Shown here one piece after another: positions 14,601-26,066 of a stretch of 46,190 nt of DNA (the stretch's first letter is position 1; each line of letters starts with the position of its first letter). A program made the translations under genes and the position numbers. Below the pieces are notes generated by a model. That model was not told the DNA's origin. It was given only the letters and a program-made list of their open reading frames with translations, and did not search any database. The DNA is from Catajapyx aquilonaris (Eukaryota), in assembly GCA_000934665.2 (NCBI GenBank), contig KZ538820.1:1-46190 (forward strand), given 5' to 3'.

Positions 14601-16740
14601 GAAAACCAGTCCTCGCAGTCAATTAGGTGAGGGACGTGTCCAGTCGCTCTACCCTCGGCGCCCCAAAGGCAAAGAGCCATGGCCCCCAAGATGGCCCATG
14701 TGGAGGTCTATTATGACACAGAGGCCACGTGCAGAGGCCATCGGGGCCGGAACTCGTAGAAGCATGATCATCGCAGGAAAAAATTGTGGCATATATGGCC
14801 GTCCGCAACAAGGGCATGACCCAGGCCGAATGATCACCCTCACTCTCAAGCGAGGGGTCATGTCATATACCGGCATTACACCCAGTCCGATGGCGGTTAT
14901 TATACGCACCTTGGCACAGAAAGGGGAGAAGGACGAGAACCCAAACTATCGGTTATTAGTAACTCAAAAATACCTCGCTCCAATAACAGAAGCAATTAGA
15001 CGCCGATAATGACTGACACTTACATCCCAACATGTTGGACGTATTACATAAACAGTATTTCTGGTCATAGGCCAGTTCCCGAGGATGGAACCCGATAACC
15101 TTTGGTGTGGAAGCCAGGCCATTCAACAATACTGCCTGCTGGGAACCCAAAGCCTTTCCACATTAGTCTAGGCAGACCTACATTATTGAATGAATTCACA
15201 TAATTATAATAAAAGAACCAGGTAGACACTGGACAAACAACAATAAACGAACGTTGATTAAACTGCGCATTGCTTATTAATCTCTGATCATAACGAATAT
15301 AATCAACAGTGATTCATGATCCAATATTCCGAAGACACGACGCGTCGTGTCTTCGAGAAGTGGTATAGACAGGAACTACTGCGAGAACGGCCGACTCCTA
15401 TCAGGTGAGCAGAACTCTAGACAAATTTTGCATCGAACAAAGTTGCTGGACCCTAACCAATTTCCTGAGCCTATACTCGACGACCAGAGTCATCAGAGTT
15501 TCACGCCTATTCATATGGGTCACACTTATGACGATTGACATGTGTTGTGTCCTGACATTATGTGACCAGTTGCCTGACAACTGTTTGTCTTTTGATATAG
15601 GAACAGACTGAGCAGTTGCTCAGTTCTGTACTGGTTCTGTAGCTCTGTCCCAAATACGTAGTACAATATACACCTGTTCGTTCAACATCCTGAGTACCTT
15701 TCTTACCAGCCACCCAGTACACAACAATAACATGCATGCACCAAAGAGGTGTTGATACAGTGTCGAAGGCATTCAAAATGCAACTATATAGACTTGGAAG
15801 ATCAGGTAATGCCCTATAACACCCCGTCCTGCGAGGAGCCAATAATGAAGAGCAGAAAAACGGCTCCGAAAAACCTGCATTTTAAGGCCATCATCGAAGG
15901 GTCTCTAATCATGCCAATCGTTTAGTAGTAATTCGTTGGATGCAGATGAAGTCTTATAGTCTTTCAATGTCGACCAGATGAATTGTTGGACGATACAAAA
16001 TCAAACATCACGGACATGATCACCCGTGGTTTCACTTCACAGACACTCAGACAACCTGGACTGATTCCTCTACTGTTATGTGCAAGAAGCAGAACTATGA
16101 CCAGCTACAACAATATATTGGCTACGGTATACGTAATTACCGGCCGGGTGATGGACCTCTATTTATTGTTTCGCGGCCTAGATGTTTAGGAGAGGTGTCA
16201 AATTTTTTGTCTCAATATATCTACAATCATACTATCCTATTAAAATGGAATACATCATAAATGCAGGACAGATCAGATCACCAATAACATATTCTGCCCT
16301 CCAGGAGAAGAGGGAACATTCCGCAAGAAAATTCAGCGTCCCAAAGTTACAAGTGGACAGAATGATTGCTCCAAGGGCCGCGGGAAAGGAAGAGAATACT
16401 TTTGACAATTATTTTATACATGCAAGACTGTAACTCTGAATTAGCACAAGAGAAAAGTGACGGCACCTCTGTTCGAACTGCCACACCTGAGAAATCTCCT
16501 TTACAAGGTCACAAACCAGCCTAAAAGAGTCCCAATATTAATTGAAATACCAAGCGGAGATGGCTGGCATTTCTACAAAGCACACCAAAGTCGTTGCAAT
16601 GTTGTCCTATACAGTATTGTATAAACAAGTAAGGTTGGACCGTCCCTCAAGTTGGGGTTGCTTGGTGACGAGGAAAACATTAGTTGAGATATATGTATAC
16701 AAACTGAAATAAGTTATGCCAATATTTCCTACCAATACTG

Positions 16741-17880
16741 CTTGGAGGTGCTGCTCTCTCGGGCTCACAATATACACGTACGGCAACACTATATAATGCC
16801 GATGTAGCCTACGAAATCAAATAGGGGTCGACCAGCACCCCAATTCGAACCAAGGAGGAACACACAACCCGCTCTGCTGTGGTCGACAGCTCGTGAGGAA
16901 GTGAGACGAATCTGGTTGGCAAGCCAACAGCAGTCAACAACAACATTAGGAATAGATGCTACCATGACAACGTGGACCTGTCGAGAACATTCTTGTCGAA
17001 AGGAACAGTAAACAAACCATTGTTAACAAAACGTTGGCAACCTTGATCGAACGACCTTCAAAATATTGGAAATGTTTTTTGTTTTTTTTTCTGGCGAGAA
17101 GGTTACTTATTTATTCCTGTTGCCATGCCGACTGGACTTTATTGGGATGAAGATTCGATGGATGGGACTCGGAAATTCAAACATGTTGTAATATTGAATT
17201 AGCATACCTTACAATGAGAAGCAAACGTTCGCAAAGGTGAACCAACCCACCAAAAAAAACACAGGCTATTAAGCTCAAATACGGCGCCAAAATTTAGGCA
17301 CAACAAAAACGTATAAACCACTATTAAGAATATATGGCAGAACAACACAGGCTATAGTAGGCCTATTCTCAAGGTATAAAGTGCAGTCAATTGTAACTCA
17401 GCACAAAGAAAAACCAACCACCAATTATTAACCAGTGTCAGTAAATATTAATCGAAGCAGTTGGCTGGCTTGAAGGATTATGTCACCAACCTATACCAAT
17501 GTCCGATTGGCAGAGGATGACTCTCCCTTGGAGGTGCTCTCTCGGGCTCACACTCTATAACACTAATACCGATGTACGAAATCAAATAGGGGTCGCCCAG
17601 CACCCCCATTCGAACCAAGGAGGAACACACTCTGTTTACAACCCGCTCTGGTCGACAGCTCCTGAGGAAGTGAGACGAATCTCTGGTTGGCAAGTCAACA
17701 GTCAACAACAATGTTCGGAATAATTGTGCTACCATGACAACGGATTGTTGTCGACGGAAACCAGTAAACAAACCATTGTCAACAAAATGTTGCCAACCTT
17801 GTTCGAACGACCTTGATGCTCTCTTCTTTTTTTGCTGCGAGGTTGTTTATTTTATTCGGTTGTCATGACGGCGGAATTTT
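16741..17880 (+). repeat. Near-tandem direct duplication, two units of about 350-400 bp (16741-17135 and 17527-17880)
   Basis: Shared GAAATCAAATAGGGGTCG.CCAGCACCCC.ATTCGAACCAAGGAGGAACACAC, TGAGGAAGTGAGACGAATCT, GCTACCATGACAACG, CAGTAAACAAACCATTGT.AACAAAA. Confidence 0.9.
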
Positions 17881-17983
17881 GGGAGGAACATTCGAGGGAT
17901 TAATATTTTGCTTGGGACGTCAGACCTATACACCAGCACTTGGGACAATAGAATTAGTGGAAATAATGCGCTCCATTTGCTTT

Positions 17984-17989
17984 TTTATT
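17984..17989 (-). terminator. Putative polyadenylation signal of PRDM13-like gene
   Basis: AATAAA on the minus strand about 55 nt after the stop codon. Confidence 0.55.
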
Positions 17990-18044
17990 ATACAAGTACA
18001 TCTGATGACACAAAAAATACATCGTAAATATATTGCCGATGATG

Positions 18045-18201
18045 TCACCCTTCGACGGATGATGAAATGAGGAGAGCGTCTTGACCTCCTGACCCCTCAT
18101 CTACCTCCTCTTCTTCTTCAATGGCCTGTTGAGGATGCCTGGATCGTATGTGTCGCTCCAGGTCACGTCTCCGGACCAACACCTTCCCGCAGTGCTCGCA
18201 T
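18045..18201 (-). CDS. PRDM13: PRDM13-like exon 5 (ZF4 and acidic tail)
   Basis: AAG| acceptor; CEHCGKVLVRRRDLERHIRSRHPQQAIEEEEEVDEGSGGQDALLISSSVEG*. Not present in the supplied ORF track. Confidence 0.92.
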
Positions 18202-19819
18202 CTTTGGGACACAAAATCGAGCGATGATGTCCAGGTTAACGAAGTAAATTAAGCGACGGACATACCTGTACGGAGTGTCTCCCTCGGCATGAAGTCGGAC
18301 GTGCTTGTTGAGATTGGAAGGGTCGCCGAAGGGACGCAGACACACCTTGCATTTCAGGGGCTTGTAACCAGTGTGGGTCCTGAAAATGACGTTTGCATTG
18401 TAAAGGTCACGCAATTGCGCACTCTGAGACAAAACGGTGGCATAATAGCAACAAAAACATGCAAAACATAACGAAATCATAATTATTACCTTGCTAACTA
18501 TAACGAGTTCCAACGCTACGAAAAAAAAAAGAAATTAAATTAAAACAGCGAATAAATTCAACAAACAGGGGCGAATGCTCTGGAAAATTTTATATGGGCG
18601 AGTCGCGTCCCATCTAGCGCGTCTCGAGCGCGTCCACTCTGAGAGCAAGTTGTTGTAAATGTCGTATTACCTGAGGTGGATCTTGAGGCCGTACTTCCTG
18701 GAGTAGAGCTTCCCGCAGTAGAGGCAGAGATGACCGTGCTTGGATCGTCCCAGGCTGCTGACCAAGGCTTCGACGTGGGCGTGGGGGTTGTGAGGAGACG
18801 ACGAGGACGACGCAGAAGCAGGTGACGCCGACGCCGACGCCGAAGAAGACGATGGCATGGGCGAAGGAGGAGGAACTGTGGCCATGTGGGGGATTGACAA
18901 GGAAAGAGGAAGAGGAAACGGATGAGGGAACATGCTTCTGGGTCGAAGAGGCCTGAAGGCGGAGGCTCCAGAGGTCAAAGGTGAGGTCAGAGACGGAGGG
19001 GTCAAGTACGGGATGGTCAGAGGGGGAGTCGATGGGGGCGGGAGGGGCGGAGGTGGTGGCAGCGCTCTGGCCAGGAACAGGGCGAACGACCCCGACCTGG
19101 ATTGACCTTTGCCCTGACCTTCGTGTCTGTCGCACAGCCTCCGCCAGAGCCTGTGTCGTCCAAGTGCCCCGCATTTCAAGGCCAGATGGACCTTGAGAGG
19201 ATTAGGCGCCTCGAAGACTCTCCCGCACCTCAAGCACAAGTACCGGCCTCCACCTGAAAATGACCTTTGTCACAACCAAGCTGACACACAAGCTGACCTA
19301 GCACTGACCTTGTATGTTGGCCGGGGTCAGGAAAGGTAGCCTAAGCTTGAGCGTGAGCTGGTCGTCAAACCATAGCCTGAGAGGATCTCCCCTTCGGATA
19401 TGTCGGATGGCCACCACCACCAATGACCCCCTCTGCTTCCGGTGACCCCCGGTCATCCTCAGCTGCAGATTCTGCTCCTGGCAGTCAGCAGCCAGTGGAA
19501 GTAGAGACGGCCATCCCTGGCTGTTGCCTTCCAGTCTACCGCCCGCTCTGACCCACACCTACCAACATCCAATAATTAACACTTTGCTATGGACTCAGAT
19601 GCAACTAAAGGCTCTCACCTGCATGTCTGCTCGGCTAGTTCGGTCACTGGTGAGGTCAGCAGGTGCAACAGCAGAAGAGCAGCTTCCGGCCGGGATGTCC
19701 ACACCAGCCACCGCTTCCATCTCTTCCTCCTCCACCGGGTCCTCCACTTCCTCCTCCTCCTCTTCCTCTTCCCTGCCCCTGGAGGTGTCTGGTTGTTCCG
19801 TCGCCGCCATCCTGCACAT
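18045..19819 (-). CDS. PRDM13: PR domain zinc finger protein 13-like (5 coding exons: 19819-19619, 19558-19309, 19253-18671, 18379-18266, 18201-18045; 1305 nt, 434 aa)
   Basis: Joined exons give the C-terminal part of a PR/SET domain (VVAIRHIRRGDPLRLWFD), an isolated finger (RYLCLRCGRVFEAPNPLKVHLALKC) and the PRDM13-type triple C2H2 array (GHLCLYCGKLYSRKYGLKIHLRTHTGYKPLKCKVCLRPFGDPSNLNKHVRLHAEGDTPYRCEHCGKVLVRRRDLERHIRSRHP). All four introns are GT-AG (60, 55, 291, 64 nt) with matching phases 0,1,2,2. The total length is divisible by 3 and ends in TGA at 18047-18045. Confidence 0.93.
18266..18379 (-). CDS. PRDM13: PRDM13-like exon 4 (ZF3)
   Basis: TTTTCAG| acceptor; THTGYKPLKCKVCLRPFGDPSNLNKHVRLHAEGDTPY; donor CAG|GTATGT. 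Confidence 0.95.
18671..19253 (-). CDS. PRDM13: PRDM13-like exon 3 (ZF1, Pro/Ser-rich linker, start of ZF2)
   Basis: TTTTCAG| acceptor; ends KIHLR at CAG|GTAATA, phase 2. Confidence 0.93.
19309..19558 (-). CDS. PRDM13: PRDM13-like exon 2 (partial PR/SET domain)
   Basis: TAG|GTGTGG acceptor; encodes WPSLLPLAADCQEQNL...AIRHIRRGDPLRLWFDDQL...PFLTPANIQ; donor AAG|GTCAGT, phase 1. Confidence 0.9.
19619..19819 (-). CDS. PRDM13: PRDM13-like exon 1 (acidic N-terminus)
   Basis: ATG at 19819 with an in-frame stop just upstream (alternative ATG at 19810); ends CAG|GTGAGA, phase 0, matching the next exon. Confidence 0.7.
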
Positions 19820-19847
19820 TGGCTTCCTCCATCACTCTCTTGCCCTC

Positions 19848-19859
19848 CTTATATATATA
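19848..19859 (-). promoter_or_regulatory. TATA-like element just upstream of PRDM13 ATG
   Basis: TATATATAAG on the minus strand about 30-40 nt upstream of the ATG at 19819; would imply a very short 5' UTR. Confidence 0.3.
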
Positions 19860-20556
19860 CGCACATCCCCTCCTCCCAGTGCACCCATTGCAGCATCATC
19901 CCCCATCCACCTCCGCTGCACCCATGAGGACCACTGCAGCTGACGGACTCCCCCCAAGACAAAGCTGGACCACTCCCCCCTTTTATTTCCTCTCCTTCAC
20001 TCCCTCCAGCAACCACCATGGCCATCACCTGCTTCCACCCAGTCAGCATCACCCTTCTTCATGCTGCATCTGGACCACTTGTGCACCACTCCATAACTGT
20101 GCAAACATAGCCTACAGCGCAAGGATTATGCTACAGTTGAACTTCGGCATTCTTGCATATTCTCTCATTTGTGTGCAAGTACGACCTTACCTTTTGCGCA
20201 CAGCAATGCCACTAAACCCACCCCCCATGTTATTGCCCCCACTCCATATAATGACCCTCATCACGCCAACATTTGACACAAATCTGGCCCAATCTGTCTC
20301 CTTTCTTCACCCTTTTTTTTTGGTCAGCATCGATTCGTCCAATGTGGTTCATTGCCATGTGAGTGTGTATGAGTCTTTCGCGAATCCGGGGAATTTCCGC
20401 CCCGCCAGCAATATAAAGTTTGGTCACACATCATGGCACCGAAAATGATTTTTGTCCGGCCCCCGTCACGCGACCTCCACCCACCACAATTTCCGACCCG
20501 CATTAAAACTTTTGGTCAATACGCCGCAAGGTCATGTCCCCGGAGGGCGAGATTAT

Positions 20557-20574
20557 CACCTGGTCACTTCCCAC
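20557..20574 (+). promoter_or_regulatory. E-box + Su(H)/RBPJ composite site (PTF1-J-like)
   Basis: CACCTG-N5-TTCCCAC, about 0.75 kb upstream of the PRDM13 start. Confidence 0.45.
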
Positions 20575-23500
20575 CTATGAATGGACAATCCATTTCACGG
20601 AATCGGACAGGCTTGTAAAACCGCTGCTGGACATTAATGGTGTCGTACTGGTGGCGCCACTATCCGATGCTGGCAAAAGAGCGAATCGAAATTTGCCTCC
20701 AGATGAGAGATGAGAGAGACACATGATTTATGATCGAGGTTAATCGACCGTCAATTGACCATAAATCAATGGTCATCCGGAGACAAATTTCGATTCGCTT
20801 TTTTGCCAGAAGCGGATAGTAGCGCCACCAGTCCGACACTGTGTACACTGCCCCAGTTTCCGGTTTGTTTTCTACAGCAACCAGTTTTGGAGCCGGCGCC
20901 CCTTCCCTTCTCATCAGGCAATAATGAGACACGTGCAGGTCGCGTGTACGGCACACGTACCCTATTGCAGAGATCCAAATAACATAGTAGTGTTGAAGAG
21001 GTCAAAAAGGCCACTTTACCATCCGGATCGATCCGACACCTGACCAACCACACAATATTCAGGAGGCTTTCTTTTCTTTTTTTTTCACTCATACAGCTCG
21101 GCCTTAATTATTGTACGGGCCGGTTTCTGCGTATCGGTACCAGGCAGGTATGGAACAATAATAGCAATAATTTATTTGGCCCAAGCTATAGGAGAGTGAT
21201 GGCGGACGTGTGTTCCGTGTGTTCGTTGTCAGGCGGACTCAATCTAATCGCTCACTTTCCAACCCTAGCATTAAGCGCAGAAAATAGACTGTTTGATGCC
21301 AAGCTATATACTGGACATGATGCATGTGCGGCCGCATGATAAACCCCCTCTCTTCTTGTAGTATATAGACCTGGCACAATTACTTGGTTCTTGAAGGAAA
21401 TGGGCGCCAAGGACATTAGGCCAAGGTTGGCTCCCATACACAAATCATTCTACGTACTATATGAATCTCCAATAATTGAAATTCTTTTTTCAGTTACATG
21501 TTTTTTTCTCGCTAAATATAAAAGCAGCGATTCTTGCTAATTTGCGACCAGATTTGGCTGATGTTACCAGCAGGAGGGCCCAATATTGCGCATCAAACTA
21601 TGTGTCCCATCCTTCATTTTCCCCCATGAAAGTCACAAAAACGGATGCCAGGTGCACTTGTACACATTACCATCAGATAGATGGACCCATTTCCCCCCAA
21701 ACCCCAGCCAAGCACCGGCGGCTTGCTCGTAGCAGCGCGTCAAATGAGCCTCCAATCTCTGCGCGACACCAACGAGACAAAAGGGCGTCACGTGCGTCGT
21801 CTTAACCCCCTCTCAAATCCCACTCTATTCACCATTAGTATTGGTACAGACCATATACAGAGGGAGGGCATAGGGAGGGCATGACCGATTGGCAATAGAA
21901 GGGGGGGACACGTGACTCACTTTTTGTGTGTGTGTGGCATCAGCATCAGCCCCTAAATCCCATTGCCTTCTTCCACCAAACGATTCCAGCAAATCGCTTC
22001 TTAACCTTCAGTATTTGCAATGAGGGAGGCTTTTTTTTCTGTTACTAAATCCCACCCACCATCACTCGAGAGCATTCCCATGCCTCTAATCCGCCTCTGG
22101 AGTGGGCATCTAAATTAAAACAAACGTCGATAACAGGCATTTTGGACCGATATTGACTGATGGTTTTGTTCTTAATAGCCCTTCCCCGTCTAATCAATTA
22201 ACTGCTCGTCGGGTAATAATAGAATCCTTTATAGACAGCCATTCTCACACGAAGTCATCCGGCCAAAATAGATGGTCGTAATTGCAATGTTTGAGGCGTA
22301 TTAGAGTCTTGCAATTGACCAGTACTTGTATAGAGAAGATGGCAGTGGCCGCGGAGTGTGTGCAATAAAGTGCGATGTGGCAGCTAATAAAGGTCGAATC
22401 AAGGCAGCAGCTTGCTTCCCATTAGGCAGTTCACTTCCCGGCAGGCCAGGAACCCTGCCTAAACGACATGTTAATGGCCGCAGCATTATCCCTCCCTTCG
22501 TCTGCAATACCCAGCACCCAGCCCATGAATTATTCTCTCTTCTCTTCGGCTTCTCCCTTCCCTTCCACCCTCCTCCTCCTCTTCACATGTCGCCATGATC
22601 CCGCCAGCACCTGTTGGTCCTCCGATTAGTTCCGCCCACGACGTCTCTTTTGTGCCCTGATTTCAGACGGACCACTGCTGACCTCCCGTTGCCTAATCTC
22701 CAGTCCAATCCAGTCCACAGTCAAAAATCGCAGTCCAGTCAACACCACATGCAATCAAGCCAGCCGTCAATGCTCCATGTACTAACTGTCTTGTTGCTTC
22801 ATGCAAGACTCGTGTATGACCCGCGTATGTCGTGTATGCCACCATTGATTTGGCAACGTGGGTCCCGCAGCTGACGTCCCGGGTCCTTCTCTCCCTCCAC
22901 CCTGCGATCCATCCAAAACAAACCTGTGCAAAATGGGGTGGGTTTGGAGGGTGGAAAGGGGGGGTTGAACCAGAGCGAGGGGTTGTTCCGGGTATGGAAA
23001 ACCCGCACCTGACGATCCCGATCATCATTGTGGTCCAGATCCATTCATTGGTGGGGGCCTGTCTAACACTAAGCCAGCCAAGCAGCAGGCAACGCTCATG
23101 AAGCCCAAATCCATCATATTGTGGCCCATATCGGAACGTGCCGGAACGATCCGGTCATATACACTCGGTACAAATGCGCTTTTACTGTACTGCCTCCTAC
23201 GTGACTGTGCGTGACATAGGAGGTATGGAGCAGGCTTTTTTTACATATAAAAAATCCGCAAACGAGCGTGTCCTTTATGGAGGAGCCCTAAACCACAAGG
23301 TGCACCAAATAAAATGTTCAACATTCTGAACCACGCAAACTCCCCCCCTCCCATCGGGTAATCCGATCTAAATGAGTGGGTGCCGAGCAAGGTGGGGTTG
23401 AAGTGAGGTCATCGTGTGGCTTGCATCTCTTTTCAACCCTCCTCCCTTTACACCCCCCCCCCCCCACCCACCAACCTAACCTAAGGGTATACTAGAGAGC

Positions 23501-23613
23501 ACTCCGAGATTCAATGGTTCGCGAAATGCACCGCACTATAATCCCCCCCACCCCCCACCCCCACCCAAAGGGCGAANCACCCCCACCCAAAGGCCACCCT
23601 CAATACTTCCCAG

Positions 23614-23631
23614 CAGCTGACATTTTCTCAC
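23614..23631 (+). promoter_or_regulatory. E-box + Su(H)/RBPJ composite site (PTF1-J-like)
   Basis: CAGCTG-N5-TTCTCAC, same spacing and orientation as the site at 20557. Confidence 0.4.
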
Positions 23632-24088
23632 ACTTTCCACCCTTCCCCCCCAAAAAACCTTTCAGCCCCTAAGTCAACGAGACACACGCGCCACCTGGAT
23701 CCACTCCACATCTACCAATCAGAAAGAAAAAAGAGGAAATCTGCAAAAATGGTAATGACCCAGAAACATTAAACTATCCTCACTCGCACTTTAATCGCCG
23801 CTTCGTCTTAAGCGTCATCGTCAAACAAAAAAAGAGAGAGCTTCTCCTCTTTTTTTTATAATATATACCTCCAATAGTCAATAACAACATGATCTGTAGC
23901 ACAGTCTATCACTCTGAATGCGGGACGGATCACTTTTTCTCCACTGATTTCTACCAAGGTTTTTTGTAGTACACAGTACAATATTTTCGCGTGCAGAAAT
24001 AGAGCTGCCGCAATTTTATCGAATTAAAAAAAAAATGCGATTTAAAAAAACACACTTCGAGCGCGGTTTTCAACTCGAACAACTTGAA

Positions 24089-24880
24089 ATATCACCATAT
24101 CCAGAAAGTAAGGTCCGTTTATTTGTTATAAAACCCACAATGCACCCCCAAAATTTTCATTTGCACATCTGAAATCGACAACTGTCTATATTTATTCAAA
24201 AATAGTTTCCAAACAAATCGAGGCATTTTTCATCGAGTTACACAATATTTTGTATGCCTATATGTCATAGAGGTCTGCCGCCAGCCATTTCCGCGATCCC
24301 TAAAAGCTCCTCGTCATCGTCAACCTTTTGCTTTGCAAGCCATTTCTCCCTGTCCATGGACAGTGCCGTCAGATCGAAGAAGACCGTAACTCAATATCCA
24401 CTTCCCCTTGCGGCGAGAAAAGAAAGCAAGTGTTACCGAAAGCATCCAAGAGGTGGCGTTAGGGGAAGTGGGAAAAAGGAACGGCACCCCAACTCCACCT
24501 GTTGGATGCTTTCTGTAACACTTGCTTTCTTTTCTGGCCACAAGGGGAAGTGGATATTGAGTTACGGTCTTCTTCTATCCGACGGCACTGTCCATCATGG
24601 ACAGGAAGAAATGATTTGCAAAGCAGAAGGTTGACGATGACGAGGAGTTGAAATCCAGCGTTCAGAGATCGCGAAAATGGCTGACGGTAGACCTACCTCG
24701 ATGACATATAGGCATACAAAATCTTGTGTAACTCAATGAAAGTGGCTCGATTTGTTTGGAAACTATTTTTTAATATAAGTAGATAGTTGTCGATTTCAGA
24801 TGTGCAAATGAAAATTTTGGGGGCGCATTGTGGGTTTTCTAATAAATAAACGGACCTTACTTTCCGGATACGCTAATATA
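24089..24880. mobile_element. Mariner-derived palindromic (foldback) non-autonomous element
   Basis: Inverted arms about 24089-24465 and 24487-24880 around a 21-nt spacer. Outer ends TATCC(A/G)GAAAGTAAGGTCCG are mariner-TIR-like. From 24606 the right arm translates as a decayed mariner transposase C-terminus (KK*FAKQKVDDDEELKSSV...WL...IGIQNLV*, then KWLDLFGNYF after a frameshift). Confidence 0.85.
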
Positions 24881-24989
24881 GCACCCAATATTTTATGCTA
24901 AATTTTACTTCCAAATGAGCATATATTTTCGCCTCAAAAATCAATATGGCATATAATAAAGCTGTTATGGTAAAAAAAATCCCTACTAA

Positions 24990-24995
24990 TTTATT
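24990..24995 (-). terminator. Candidate polyadenylation signal of RSPH3
   Basis: First AATAAA I noticed on the minus strand downstream of the stop (about 725 nt); an ATTAAA also occurs near 25095. Confidence 0.35.
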
Positions 24996-25719
24996 GCTTA
25001 ATTATATTTAGGATTAATTTTTCGCCATTTCCACGACAGGTCCAAACAAAATAGAAAATCGGCCCGACAACAATACAACGCAATAATGGAATTTAATGCC
25101 AATATTATTTCTCCTAATCTTCCAAAAAAAAAACGACGATTGCTCTTCGCCATTTTTTTGTCTGCACGCCACGTTAAGTAACATATATACAACTCTTTCG
25201 TCTTCCTGAAAACACGGATAGAGTCCCCCATATAATTGTCTCTGGGTTATAGAATGCATATAAATTCACCAAGTTCCTCAACAAAATTGTTGTTGATATG
25301 TCGCTCTTGATATTTTTTTCTCGTATCGAATAATTTGTGTTTACTGTGTGTGTGAATGTGTTTTTTTTTCGGTTAAGGAGGTAATGGACAGACCGGGGAG
25401 GAAAAAAAAAGAGATGCTAATGACAATATGGATGGAAGGGAAAAAAATCGTTCCAGGTCTCGTTGAAAGGCACAGATATTATAACATGAATCGCGGCATG
25501 ATTCCTTTTGGAGTCTGGACGGAATCACTTCGGGCTCAGTCTCATCTTCCACTCCTCTCCTCTTTACTCGATCTTCTGCAATATTGTTGAAAGAGGGGGG
25601 ATTTCATTAGTAAATGAGTCTGGTGCAGGGTCATTCACAGGACGTCTCAAGGTTCATTGTCCGTGGGGGGATTTTTTTACGGCCGTTTCGTGGGGCGGAA
25701 GCGTGTCCCGTGTGAATAA

Positions 25720-26066
25720 TTATTGACCCTTGGATATGCGCCTCAAAAATGAACTCACTTCTTCCTCCTCTTTGCTGATGCTTCCTCGGCTGCCTGCTGG
25801 TGGTTCCTCCATCCTGACCGAGGGCTGCTGCGACGGGGCCGGTGACTTGGTAGATCCGAATGACGGAGCTCCAATGTCGGCCACGACGTCCCTGCTCTCC
25901 TCCTCCTCCACCTCCTGCTCCCTCTTCCTCTCCTCCTCCTCCAGCCTCATCCTCTCCTCCTCCTGCTCTTTCATCCTGGCATCCTCCTCGTCGATCTCCT
26001 CTCGAAGCTTCGTCTCCAGACCCACGTACTGCTCCCGACGCGTGTCCGCCACCGCCTTTATTATCT
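25720..26066 (-). CDS. RSPH3: RSPH3 last coding exon (acidic coiled-coil tail)
   Basis: TTTGCAG| acceptor, phase 1; EIIKAVADTRREQY...FLRRISKGQ*; TAA at 25722-25720. Confidence 0.9.

Noticed and set aside
16835..16860. GGTTCGAAT B-box-like motif on the minus strand (also near 17610) suggesting a tRNA or SINE
   Set aside because: No A-box at suitable spacing, no T-stem pairing and no cloverleaf.
19524..20448. Plus-strand Pro-rich ORFs up to 261 aa
   Set aside because: Antisense to PRDM13 exon 1 and C-rich upstream DNA; low complexity, no recognisable domain.
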